Source: Girardia tigrina
Lineage: Eukaryota
Assembly: GCA_001938485.1 (NCBI GenBank)
Contig: MQRK01208805.1
Span: forward strand, 1-50,580
Reading direction: 5' to 3'
DNA: 50,580 bases
The notes beneath the pieces were generated by a model that was not told the origin of the DNA, searched no databases, and saw only the letters and a list, made by a program, of their open reading frames with translations. Positions within the stretch are counted from its first letter, which is position 1. The number at the start of each line of letters is the position of its first letter. The position numbers and the translations under genes were made by a program. This document shows positions 25,970-38,620 of the stretch, in pieces.

Positions 25970-27290
25970 ATTTAATATCTCCTATTTCATCAAACTGCTC
26001 AACACGAGTTTTGATTCTTTGAGCTTCATCTTTGTAAAATTTCATTTGTGTGCGTACAGTTTGTTTAGGATTTGCAAGATTAGTGCACAATTGGTGAATA
26101 CTACGCTCTTTTTTCAAATATACAATAAATCTCCATATGTTTTCATGTTACACGTCAACAGAAGTTGCAAAAGCTCTGTTCCATCCTTCCAAATTATTAT
26201 TTGTCCTGGGTAAGTATCTCATGGTAGCATTGTATGCATTCCACATCTCCACAGGAAATATAGGCAAACACTTACTTTCACCTCGCTGTCTTCCAATCCA
26301 CGTGTCTTCAAAATAATCTAGAAGAGGTTGCAGCAGGATATCATTTTGTCAGTAAACGGCAATCTCAATAATGTTCCCGTAAGCTGATATGACTCTTCCG
26401 ACTGACACATAACTTAATGTAGTTTACATTTTTAAATGCAATTTAAAGTCGAAAGAGATTAAGATTAAGAGTTTGAATCTTTCTCCAAATCGCATACCAA
26501 AATGAAACATAAATCCCCTCTGACTAACTAATTGGAAATGTAGAATTGTTTCATTAATGACTCGTATTAGACTGAATTATTTGTGGGCAAAATCTTCCAA
26601 AAGTTTTTAAAATTCCAAACATACGATTGTATGAAACTTCATTCTTTCTCGATAAAAGAAAGTTTACTAACAGGGCAAATACATTATTATATGTTGCATG
26701 AATTGTATACAGCTGTTTAAAAATAATAGGTACAGTCTTAAAAGTACCATCCATGTACCAGTCGACAGCTTGAGAAAGTAACCTGATACTGGTCTGGGTT
26801 GAGAACATCATTATTCCTTCACCGTCAAACATTTTTTTAAGTAACCAGGAATTGCAATTATTATCTACTAGACTATCAATGAATACTTTGATATGAATTA
26901 TTTTGCTTTCTCGCATTATGTTTATTACGAGTCAGTATGTGGCGGTTAGCAAGCTTCATTTCATTCCAATCAAGGTTTCTGCAATCAACTGACATGGCGC
27001 ATAGTAATATGGATTTGCTTTGTTAATCAATTTATTTCTGGCTTCTCGAACTTCAATTTTTGACAAGTTGTGATTGTGATCGTGTGGTATTGAATCCACC
27101 AGATTATCATTCCATGTCATACATGTACAACGACAACCTTTTTTGTTTTCTACACATCTCCATCTTGAGATTCTTCCCAAGATGTGTGATATTCTTCTTG
27201 CCGTTTCTTCCCAATTTTTACAGTAAACAAATCTTAAATACACGACAAGATTCTTGCTCTTTTGACTTTTGATGAAATGTCACGGCACAG
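25970..27290 (-). mobile_element. MULE (Mutator-like) transposase pseudogene with FLYWCH-like N-terminus
   Basis: RWRCVENKKGCRC..HDHNH; WYMDGTFKTVP..FKQLYTIHA; LLDYFEDTWIG..PIFPVEMWN..PRTNN; multiple stops and frameshifts. Confidence 0.92.
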
Positions 27291-28563
27291 TCTTCCTTAA
27301 AATAGAAAGAGTAAAATTTATTGGGTCAAGTAAATAAAATAATATATATTTTATATATATATCCTTTAAATTAGATCAGTAAATAAATTAATCCTTTAAA
27401 GTACACAAATTTGAAAGTTTTTTATATTCTTTTTACTGTTGACTCTTTACTTTGGCTTTTTTACTTGCTACGAATTATGACATGTTTATTGTGTAGTCAA
27501 TCGCTTGCTTTTCTAAAATTCATTCACTCTGATGATAGCGATTAAACAATCGAAATTATTAAACAAAAAGGCAAATGCGAAATGAAATATTAATGAATCT
27601 GAACATCAAATCTTGACAAAACAATTTCTGACGTGCAACAATTATGTGACATTATCCGAAAACATCATATAATTTCTATCATTGTAAAAAAAACGTTTTC
27701 AACAGATCCCTGTCATTCAACGTTGGCAAATTTAGCCACAGAGTATTATGTCCGCCATACGGTATTAATATGAACTTTGATCTTCCTAACTAATGGATGT
27801 ATTAAAATAACTTCAGTTGGTTTGATAAATATTTTAATTGTTTAATGAAACTTTGACTTTTATATAGCGATTTTAATTGGACTTTTAATTAACTTTCTAG
27901 ATCAAAGATTAGTTTCTGAGATATTGATTCATAAGGGTTGACCTGAGGGGGCAGGGCTACCTGGCCTCATTCCCGTGTTTAGCGATATTTTCACTGCTTA
28001 TTTTATATTTTATCAATTTTGATAATTATTGTTTATTAAAATTATTTATGTTATTATAGCATTTATATATTATTTTATATATTATATATTATAATATTTT
28101 ATACTTGTGTTATCGACCCATGTCGTCCAAATTATTTTCAATACATATATTTTAATCTATATATTTTGATCAAATTATAAAAAGACAGTTAAATTAAACT
28201 ATTTAATTGTAAATTATTTAATTTAAAATAGCTAAAACAAATTAAATAATAGAAATTTCTAAATGAATAAAATAATTTTCAATAAAATTGGTAGACAAAT
28301 AAATATTTGAATAGTAAAACTAAAAAAATAATTATTATTAAAAAATGTCCAAAATAAAATTTATAAATTTGTAACAAATTTTGATCTGTAAGTAATACAT
28401 CACTAATTGCATCTAGTTTTTAAGAATAGACATTGCTTAATATCAAGCAAATTATAAAGATAGAAATATCTTTTTTTGTGAAAAAATCCTTATTGCTGTC
28501 CAAGAAACCCTTCTGTTTCCTTCTTATTCCTCTTCAATAAATTTGTAGATGATTATATATTAA

Positions 28564-28785
28564 CACATTGAATGCTGAGTGCGAGATATCTCGTACTTCA
28601 ATATTCATTAGTTAGACGCTAAGTACGAGATATCTCGTACTTTGGCTTACATTACTAAGACGCTATATAATTATTGTATTGCTGCGCGAATGATATATGC
28701 CTGCCGCGCGGCAGTAAACTTTTTTGTCCCACGCGTAGCGCGCGTAGCAGACGTTCGGTGCATGATGTTAACAGCAGTCAATGTG
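28564..28785. mobile_element. piggyBac-type MITE, 222 bp
   Basis: TTAA at 28560-63 and 28786-89; TIRs CACATTGAATGCTG / CAGCAGTCAATGTG; internal palindromes containing CGAGATATCTCG. Confidence 0.9.
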
Positions 28786-31142
28786 TTAAGTAGAGTACTG
28801 CTTATGATTTAGAGAGATTGTCATTCGATATGGTAGCGATTTGTTTATTTCCACCTTATTTTGTCCACAACATGGGCGGATACAGCAGTCATGTGCAACC
28901 CGGATGCTATTTACAAAATAACTTTTAGAAAATCACTAACAATTTGATAAAATGTGGTAAAGCGGAACAATTACCGAGTAAATGTACAATAATAAAAGTA
29001 AATATTTTTATAATTAATTATAAAAATTAATAACATTAAAACATTAATTATTCATTAGACAGTTTACAAAATCGAATAAAAGAAAAATACGAAAATTAAA
29101 ATGACAGTTTATTTTTCTCTAAAAAGATTATTAGCGAATTATCTCGTTTATTAGTATTTGTACTGGCCACCAGATGTCCTTATTTGCTCGAGATTCTATA
29201 CTTATTAGCCTCGGTTATGACTTAAATTGTTATATGACCCACCGTTCAGATTAATATTCCTAGCATAGCAGTGAGGTTAACTCTGTAGTGGTCTGAGAAC
29301 ATTGGATAATATCTAAATATGTATTATTGGTAGATTCACCTTACGGAAAATAATCACTTTTGATTCAACTATTTTCCAGATTAGTGTAACGTTAAGTTTA
29401 CAGTTTTATGTTATCAACTGTCTATTTGTACTTGATAAAAATGATTTAATTATAACATTTCATATAATTTTCATTTTTTTCTGATTTAATCAAATATAAA
29501 ATAATAATTAAGATATTTCTTAGTACATACGAAGATAATTAATGTTTTTTAGCATTATGACTTATCTATACATATAGGGTTTGCACTTTCGAATATTCGA
29601 TATTTTATGCATTTTTCGAATATTAGAAAGATACAAAATTGTTATTCGCTTAAGCTAATTCAGTTCATTATGTCATTCTGTATGCATTCAAAGTTTTCGT
29701 AAAATATTTCTCACTGGGCAATAAGTAACATCATGAGAACTCTTGCTTTTATTTTGATTTTTCAAGAAACGAAAATATTTATTATTCTTTATCTTTTGAA
29801 GTTTCAGTTGAAAATGCAATAATTTTGGAAAAAAACCAATTTCAATAAAATACAATTATTAAATTAATTTTAATATCTTATATTTTAAACAATTTTTTTT
29901 CTAATATAATACAAGTCATATAAAAAAGAATATCTTTTTGTCTGTTTCTTCGCGATTGACTCAGTCCCTGTAATAACTAGCATCATCAAACTTCTTATCA
30001 TTCTTTTCTAGGTCGGCGTTCACTTTTTTCTAAAAAAATATTAATTGTTCGCTTCCTACATTTTGTTTAGGTAACTGACCAATAAGATTGCAGTATTTCA
30101 AAATATGAAAGTAATTGATAACAAAGACGGCCGAATTATTACCAAAAAAAGAAGTGTATTTTACAGTAAAATAAATCAAGAACCTTTAAAAAATGAGTTT
30201 CAATGCATTTTATGCCCCAAAACATGTATTATCCTACTACCTTAATCATCGGGTAAATCCGCTAGTTTATGTATATGTATTTATATAGTTAACACGTCTT
30301 TCATTTATAAATGTTTGCGTATAAGTATGTGTGATTCACTTTTTTAAGTTTTCCTTTACTTTTTTGGCTAAATTCGATTGAAATTGGAAATATAACCTTT
30401 CGATAAAATTAACCTTCTGTTGAATGTTATATCAATGTAAAGATGAATTATTATAAAAAAATTTATATTTTTAAATAAATATTGATATTTATTTTAAAAA
30501 AAGGATTTAAAATATTTTTTATAAAATCTTCAGATATTTGTTTAAATATTGTTATTATTAAATAAATGATTATTATTTAATAAATAAAAATAAAATAATA
30601 TTAATGAATAAATTTTTGAAAATGACTTCTGTTAATTCCTACAATCAATATGGATCGAACTAAGGAATCTGAAGGAAAGACATTGGAAAATCTCTGTATC
30701 GAATTATTATTGAGTTTTAAGTACTATGAACCTACATTATTTGGGTAATGGTAGACTAAAGCAGATTATTTTGATAAAAGATTTTAAATACAGCTGTCCA
30801 TTATTTCCGGTTGACATTGGTTACATACAAAATTTAAAGTTATTTATAAAAAAACATTTCAGAATACTTATATTCATATTACATACGATAATTTTGAACA
30901 CAGTTTTTCAGAATACGTATATTTATAATTTTATTGAAACAGAATTCCTTAAATATCTCAGTTTAAGTATAAAACAAATAGGTCATTTTCAAAATAAATG
31001 ACGAATTGTGTTTCAGAAAATCTTGAGTCGGTTGAAATTGTTAAAAAATATTTTAATTGAGATTGGAACAATCAATGTCATCCTAAAATCTGTTAGATGT
31101 TTACGTGAAATATGGTTTATATTTTGGACAATATAGTTCGGC

Positions 31143-31977
31143 GGATCAACCGTCATCTTCAAGTTACTGATTTAATATATAAATGCGAAAATGATGATTG
31201 TGTAATCGATTGCATGAAATCATGCTAATAGTAATTCTCAATAAGCTGCTTGAGACTGCCGAGTGAACATTTCAGATGCATCGTGACCTAATTAACAATG
31301 CTTCACATGACACTCTCTCTCAAGAACTATCGAAATGCTTACCCAGAATCTTGAAATTATCAATAGTAACATCAAATTTACTTTTTCCTATGTTCTGCAA
31401 TATTACTCTTACTCTCTTTTCGACCATGTTCTTGAATTCTTTTACAGAGATGATGAACAGTCTCTCCATTGTATGTTGCATCGCACCCATTTTATCTATA
31501 TTCATAAACAATATCATAACAAAATGTTAAAGGTGTAATATTATTCAACATATTTTAAATGTTATGAGATCGTGATACAATTTTTAAATTTAATTCATTG
31601 TTTAACAATGTATTTTTAAAGTTTTTAAATCCTTCAAAATAAGATACAAGGTATATTAACAAAATGATATTTCTATTTCTTTCTCAAACCATTAGAAGAA
31701 TCAAATTTCTGATTTTTCGATCTATTTTTCAAAAATATCTTATCCACTGTTTCATTTATATTATTTTCATGAAAAGATTTAGAATAACTATTATGATTTA
31801 ACAGAGAACTTAGTTGCAGGTCATTTAGCCATAAAATCAATGTTCAATCGGCAGTCTCAACCAGCTTGTTGAGAATTTTCGATCAGCGCGATTTCATGCA
31901 ATCGATTACGCAAACATTATTTTGACATTTATATATATTGAATATTTAACCAGTGACCTGAAAATGACGGTTGATCC
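31143..31977. mobile_element. non-autonomous element with ~130-bp imperfect TIRs
   Basis: 31143-31271 is the imperfect reverse complement of ~31840-31977 (GGATCAACCGTCAT...TTGAGACTGCCGA.TGAACATT); no TSD resolved. Confidence 0.8.
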
Positions 31978-32512
31978 ATTGAAATATGTTTTCGTTAAAT
32001 GTATTTTAAAATGGATGAATTTTGTTGTTAATAAACAATTTTTGTCCGGAGTGAAGATTATGAATTAGATAATTAGTTATTTTTATTTATATATAGAATT
32101 AATTTATAGAAAATAATTTATATCAAAATTTTGATAAATTTAGGTTTTTAATTTTTTAAGAAAAAATTTCATAAATTGACTTCATTATCGTAAAGAAAAC
32201 TCTAATTTTCGAATAATCTCGTCATTGGGCCTGGGATTATGGTGAATCCCATTTGGATTGAGCCAACCGGCCCACAAGGCGACACGATAGTTCCAATACG
32301 AGATACTACGTATCTGAGTATTAACGAGATTTGTATTCCATATATTTTGGGAAGATTTTTAATGATTTTATCTGTCCTTTGTAGCAAACTGTTGTTAAAA
32401 TTGTCACTTCGAATAATAATAAAATAAACTAAAATCAATTTTCTATCTAATTAGTATTTCTTTAATGTTACAAGATTAAATAAGGAGAATTTCCTCATTC
32501 TTTTCTATTTAG

Positions 32513-33378
32513 TCACCCGAGAAGCACCAACACAATGCTCAGATCTCTGATTTCTATATTAAATCTGTTGATTTAACCCAAATAAAGTCAAAGTCGTTGG
32601 ATGGCGATTCGAGTAAAAGGGTTCAATCTTCAAACAAAGCCCAAATAACAACAGTAATTGGTTCTTATTCCAGTAATTATGAAACGGTCCACAGTACAAA
32701 TCTTATTCAGACACCTAAAGGTGAAAAACACCTGATAGTTTTAGTGCATTTATTTTTAACGTTTAGGGAATAAACTTGAAATCGGGTCTTCTTACACACG
32801 TCTTGCAGCATCATCAAACTCATCAACCACTTCCAGACCCTCGTCCTGCAACAGTTTACCCGGTCGAATAAATAATTCTTTAAATAATTTTGACCAATTA
32901 AGTTTCAAAATGGGTAAGAAGAACAAATCAAAAACCAAAAAGTTTTTCAGTTTATCAAAATCCAAGAAAAAACATGAATTAGACAAAAAAGAGATTGATG
33001 AATTAGCTGAGGCTCATGTAAGATCATCGGTGCCCGAAACTGCCGAGCCGATCATAACAATAAATAGACAAGAGTCTCGGAAGAATAATTTTTTCTTCAA
33101 ACAAAACCTTCCTTTTAAAAGTCATGCCATTGGTGAGAAATTACCAAGCGATAGCAAAGGGAAAAAGAAAAATGATATTCCATCTTTTCTCCATTCAATT
33201 TTAAGAACTTCGAATCATAAACTGAAACCCAATAATTCTTTTCCACATAACTGTACAAATGATAATCAAGTAATTATCTTTTTATTATTACTCATTTGTT
33301 GTATCATGTAATGAATTTCAGAAGAAGGAGAAATCAAAGAAAATGGAGACGGAATTTTCATTTTATGATGACATAGAA
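32513..33378 (+). CDS. host gene exons A-C (32513-32720, 32767-33269, 33322-33378); Ser/Lys-rich N-terminal region of the putative Bcl-2-family protein
   Basis: GT-AG introns of 46 and 52 bp keep one open frame (SPEKHQHNAQ...TPK|GNKLEIGSS...NDNQ|KKEKSKKMETEFSFYDDIE); start exon not identified. Confidence 0.85.
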
Positions 33379-33389
33379 GTATGCATGAG

Positions 33390-33393
<4 letters not shown>

Positions 33394-33440
<47 letters not shown>
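33394..33440. repeat. (TA)n microsatellite, left flank of Penelope insertion
   Basis: Direct inspection; second tract at ~34016-34055. Confidence 0.98.
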
Positions 33441-33442
<2 letters not shown>

Positions 33443-33451
33443 CATTAAGAT

Positions 33452-34010
33452 TTAATGGCAATTTATTTGTAAAAAATAAAAATAATAGACGCCATTTTAA
33501 AAGTTTTTTATTNNNNNNNNNNNNNNNNNNNNNNNNNNNNNNNNNNNNNNNNNNNNNNNNNNNNNNNNNNNNNNNNNNNNNNNNNNNNNNNNNNNNNNNN
33601 NNNNNNNNNNNNNNNNNNNNNNNNNNNNNNNNNNNNNNNNNNNNNNNNNNNNNNNNNNNNNNNNNNNNNNNNNNNNNNNNNNNNNNNNNNNNNNNNNNNN
33701 NNNNNNNNNNNNNNNNNNNNNNNNNNNNNNNNNNNNNNNNNNCGATTTGTTTCTCCAATGTACAAGGATTCACACTTGTGACATTTAAATTGATATACTA
33801 GATTAGCTTGGACACCCGATGGAGTTTTTGATTTATTTGAGAAATATCTCGATAGTTTATTTTATTAAAAAAAAAAAAAATAATTGCGTAATAGTCAATG
33901 TGCCATATAAATGACTTGTAATTTGAAATTTACTTCACAACTGATGATGCCGTAATGGCGAAAGATGTTTTGGGAAATAAAAAACTTTTAAAATGGCGTC
34001 TATTATTTTT

Positions 34011-34016
<6 letters not shown>
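33452..34016 (-). mobile_element. 5'-truncated Penelope-like retroelement with inverted pLTR
   Basis: Minus strand KLSRYFSNKSKTPSGVQANLVYQFKCHKCESLYIGETNR (GIY-YIG endonuclease, ~33743-33860); ~41-bp perfect inverted ends 33472-33512 / 33976-34016; sits in (TA)n. Confidence 0.92.
33929..33981 (+). ncRNA. minimal type I hammerhead ribozyme in Penelope pLTR (possibly decayed)
   Basis: CTGATGA-T-GCC-GTAAT-GGC-GAAA-GATG-TT; stem I TTTACTTCACAA / TTGGGAAATAAA (imperfect). Confidence 0.8.
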
Positions 34017-34058
<42 letters not shown>

Positions 34059-34772
34059 GAAAATATAATTTGATTAAAGTTTTTTTATATAATTATTGGA
34101 CATGTTTCGATGTTTACATACATCATCATACATTACTGTTTTACCGCCATCTTCAGAAAAGTTATTATACTTTCCTATTACTCTCATAGGGTCAAAATTT
34201 GGTGATGATTTCATATTTCACGTTTTACAATAAATTATTTTAAAAATGGGATATAAGTTATTAAGAACATTGAGACAAGTTTCATTTGAATTTTTAATAC
34301 TACTACAATTAGAGTCATTACAACTCTCAGAAAATCTTTCACCGTTTGTCATCGTTCTAATTGGTTTTCTTATTTCTATTTTCAATCATGATTACTCGAA
34401 CAATTTTTCTAAATATTTATAAAATATTTAATTTTTAAAAATATTAATTAAAAAATTATAATTTTCACAATTTCTCAATAAATCCCAAAATAATAAAATG
34501 CAATCAAATTATTATTTTAATTATGTTCGAATAGTCGATCAGTTTAAATTTAATAAAAAATACCAATTTCCATCTGGGTGGAGAATCACCATTCTAAATT
34601 CAACATACTCAAATCAAAGTACAACATCACTACTTTACACATTCAAACAATTTAAAATATTCCTCACATAAGTATTGAAATGGCCTGCTGGAGTCCAGAC
34701 TCGAATATGTTATGGGAATCATTTAGAAAATGATGGTTCTAGAGAATTTTGCAAGCAAATATAAATAAAAAA

Positions 34773-35088
34773 TGTTGTGGCGGCGTGGTACATTTCTCAT
34801 TAGGCATACCAGGACTGGGTAGTCAGCTGAACGAGCCTCGTTGACAATATGGAACAGAACGAAATGAAGAAATAAAAATAACAAATGAGAAATAAATTAG
34901 AAACTATTTTTATTACGTATTTATTAAATTAGTCTATTTTTAGATTCGTTTCTATTTATATCGTTTTGTGTCAAATTTATTTCCGCCAAGTTGATCTGTA
35001 GACTCACGACTACGTTCCAATTTGATCCTTTGCAGACACTCTTTCATTGTTCGATAGGGCCATTTCTAATATGAACTTGTCGACAACA
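34773..35088. mobile_element. possible solo LTR (316 bp)
   Basis: TGTTGT...ACAACA termini; no matching TSD. Confidence 0.35.
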
Positions 35089-35559
35089 TTAGAATGAAAT
35101 ACCCCAGCGTCTGTGATTGGTGTGTCTACATTCTAGGCAAAATGGCGGGGGNGGGGACGTGCAGAAAGTCACCCTTAAGACGTGCAGGATGCAGCGTCCG
35201 TGAAGAATTCGCCTCTTCTGTGTTTGTTTTCGAACAATCGTTGGTCGTTCCGTTTGAGCAATGATATCAACTGGAATGCTCAAACATGCTTTAAATAATT
35301 TTGAACAAAAGTCACGAAATTTCCTTCTAACTCACCACAGCCATATTGCCGTTCTCTGGTACATCACAAGTATTCCTTTTACACAGCAGTTGGAAAGTTA
35401 CTAATGAACAAAATCAGTAATAATATCCACATTTCCTTTGCCAATTTATTGGAAGCAAATAATTCATGGTCTTTATTCAATTGGAAAAATAATGTTAATT
35501 GTCAGGCTTCAATTTAAGCACCGGTGCCGTTAATGCACGTGCGTTTGCACGACTAATTC

Positions 35560-36500
35560 CTCTGCTTCCTTATAGAGATAAAAGGTTGTAAGACGTTCAG
35601 GATTATTCTCTCTCATATCAGCTACTTTTTAGTGCCGCTGTATCGTAACTAATGTTAGTCTTATCCAATCAACCCCTCTCCTCAGCAGGTATTTGTGTAA
35701 CTGAAAATGTCTTTCCGTCAATATTTTACTAGATTCACTCAGTTCAATTGAGGGATCCCATCGAATCAAGTTTTCCCAGTCACCTTTTCCCTCCACTTCT
35801 ATGAAAAGTCATGTCTCCTTCATAGTTACCAAACACTCACTCCAATAAAGATCTAAGTGAAAATTTTGTTTACATTGATTTTTAATCCAAATTTTGAAAA
35901 TGTGTATTTCAGTATTTCCAATTTTGTCATCGCCTTCTTGATGTATACAGAGATCATTAACACATGTTAAACTCTTGATTGCATATAGTGATCCGCCAGG
36001 ATTTAATAACTCCACTCCTCCAGCAAATCCAGGAAGAATATCACTCCTTTTCACTTTGCCTAAGACAATTGTTAAATAAACATAGACCCATTATGCACCC
36101 TTGTCTGACTACTCTTAATTTTGACTCACTTTCTCAAAGGGAGACTCTATATTCCTCGTGTATTCATGTATCAGATTGAGTATCTTGTCGGAATCTCTCG
36201 TCTTTATGAGAATTTTCAGAGAACCTCACTGCTTACTCTGTCGAAAGAATACATATACTCCCAGATCTCTGTGTTCCTTCCTTCTTGAATCTTACTGAGA
36301 ATATTAATTGCCTGTACTGTACTTCTTCTACGTTTGAAATCGCATTCCAATAGATCTTCTGTTATCTGTGTGACCGAATTTTCTATACATCTTTGAAACC
36401 ATTTTCCCATTTCTTTCAACAGGAAGTAATCATCGTAGTTATTCGTATCTAATCGACCGTCGTTCCATTTGCATACTGTCATTGTTCGTATCAATTAGCA
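35560..36500 (-). mobile_element. highly degenerate RTE-like LINE RT
   Basis: ECDFKRRRSTVQAINILSKIQE..FDRV (QxGFRxxRST motif); VRQGCIMGLCLFN; LYA. Confidence 0.75.
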
Positions 36501-38179
36501 TCTAGCTAGAATATCACTATGGTCTCCCTTCCAGATCACCGCAAAATCGACTCTCAGATTGCAATTTATCCAGTCAGCCCCCCTAGTATCTTTATGACCA
36601 TCCGGTAAATTGCTGATTCTTTTCGTCTTAATAATGCTATCTGATGAAAACTATTCTAAGACACTCGGTCGTTCTTGATCGTCATCCGCGGTTCAGTTCT
36701 ACAAAAACTATGCTCTTCGCTTAATTGTGTAGCGAATACCAGGACAATGATTATATCGTTATTGTACAGCCAGGGGAAGCTGAGGAGAATGAGTATGACG
36801 TTATCCGTACAGTTGGGAGGAGATTGCAGACAAGGCTGATTATAGTTTCCTATGTCGATATGATCCCCACCATCTACCCACCTTTTTCATGACCCAGAGT
36901 CCTTGGTCCTTCACAGAGATCGACATATTTTTTATGAATCATTTCAAATTCAATTATTAATTCAAATTAAAAATATCAAATGCTCTATGGAAGGAGACAT
37001 GAGTAGGTGCCGACGAATATGTGCGGATGACGTAATGTGCGAGGTAACAGGTGCATTAGTGAGATAACTAAACTATTAGACATTGTGACATTATTGATAT
37101 GAGTATGACAGAATTGTGTCACATGAATTCATGCAGTGCCAGTGTGCCGGTTGACTATAACCACATGCAATTATACAAGGCATGCACACACGCACACAGT
37201 GTGGCTGCAGCCGATAGTTCTTGTCCGGCAGCGGATAGACGTGAGCGCATGGTGAGTCACACCAATCGTTGACCGTCGCCGCACACTGCACAGTGATTAT
37301 CGATCGATCAGTGGCTACCATTCGGCGTGTCCCGAACCAGTTGACGCGGGGACCCGATAGCGAGTGCATCACTTCTTCCATAGGTTGACTGAGACGAGGC
37401 AGTGTTGACACAGATCTGCGTCATCAATTGTCATCATTATTAATGTGTAAGTGCCACCAAAGTCCATTTGCACAGTGTTGCTTCTTGTCCAGTGCACGCG
37501 CCCTGCTTGACGAATCCATTCTATTTATATTTCTATGCGTCATGATTATTACTTATATGTATATTTGTCATTTTGAACAACCTGTTTCTGACTTTCCCGA
37601 ATGACATTCGTGTTTTGTATTTTAGTCGGTAAAAATGTGATTGGCAGTTTTAGTTGTTAAACTAATGATACGACTCATTCTAGTTTGGTTTTGTCCTTGT
37701 TCTAAGTGAACGAATCGATATTTTGCCCAGTTTATTTGTGATTGACTGACACTAAATAATAATGAATGACATCTGTGACTTTCTGTGTTTGACAAGGAAG
37801 AGGGCTCCATTTGCTTTCAGAAAGGACAAGGAACATATTTCAAAGATAACATTGGAATATGTGCATCAATATATCTTAAGGTGATCGGGTTATGTAGATC
37901 ACCCGTGTTACCAGGTTGAGCAGCTCTGTCCTGGTCTACACGGAAGTGCTCCACCTTTGCTCTGTCCTAATATTTATTCCTCATGACACAGTAATTGAAT
38001 TGTCTCCATTCATACTCCAAATAATTACCTCAATTATTTTGTTGAAATTATTTCATAAATATAACATTATTATTGCTATAATTGAGTGTTTTTATTAATT
38101 ATATTTTTTCTAGTTTTGGGAGCACAACACTAACTTTATAAAAATAATTATTTCTTAAAGCGCTGTTTAAAATTATTAT

Positions 38180-38222
38180 TATAGAATATGTTTCGATCTA
38201 CTGTGGTCATTATCAGCTATTA
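38180..38222 (-). ncRNA. degenerate Penelope-type hammerhead motif
   Basis: Minus: ATAG-CTGATAA-T-GACC-ACAGTA-GATC-GAAA-CATA-TT-CTAT; core G8>A. Confidence 0.55.
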
Positions 38223-38263
38223 GTAAAAGTACTGAGTATTGGTTAATGGTAACAACGATCATA

Positions 38264-38450
38264 CAGTTGAAGTCACTTAATCCGGATGCATTTAACAAGG
38301 AAAATTGTGAAATATGGAAAAAATATTAAGTCCGAATCAAAAATTCGGTTTACTCCATTCGGTAAGGTAAATGCTGGAATCCGGATGTGTATGATCCGGA
38401 TGAATTCTCAAATCAAAATAAAGAAATTAATTGGTTTGATCCGGATTTTT
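38264..38450. mobile_element. Tigger/pogo-type MITE end
   Basis: TA followed by CAGTTGAAGTCACTTAATCCGGA, with repeated ATCCGGA subterminal motifs; second TIR not seen. Confidence 0.55.
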
Positions 38451-38459
38451 AAATTTTCT

Positions 38460-38620
38460 ACGCCAGAAAGCAATTGGGTTTGCAAAGGCTCTAAAGGAAA
38501 TTGTAGGTTATTAAGAATTGGATATTCTTGGGGTAAGCAGATCGAAAAAAGCAGCATGATATTTCTTCAAATTTGAAAAATCACTGCAATCGTATTCCTC
38601 CATTTGGAATGAATTATTAA
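38460..38620 (-). mobile_element. possible Helitron N-terminal remnant
   Basis: FKFEEISCC and LQFPLEPLQTQLLSG resemble the Helitron E...CC..GK..LP....PP.PL..LL.G region; very decayed. Confidence 0.3.

Noticed and set aside
28850-28990. Zinc-knuckle-like gag remnant
   Set aside because: Cys/His spacing incomplete; no flanking pol or LTR
29576-30420. hAT-like terminus TAGGGTTTGCAC and decayed coding sequence
   Set aside because: No partner TIR or TSD found
32202-32438. ORFs on both strands as first exon of the host gene
   Set aside because: The plus-strand donor at ~32310 is phase 2 whereas exon A needs phase 0; unresolved without transcripts
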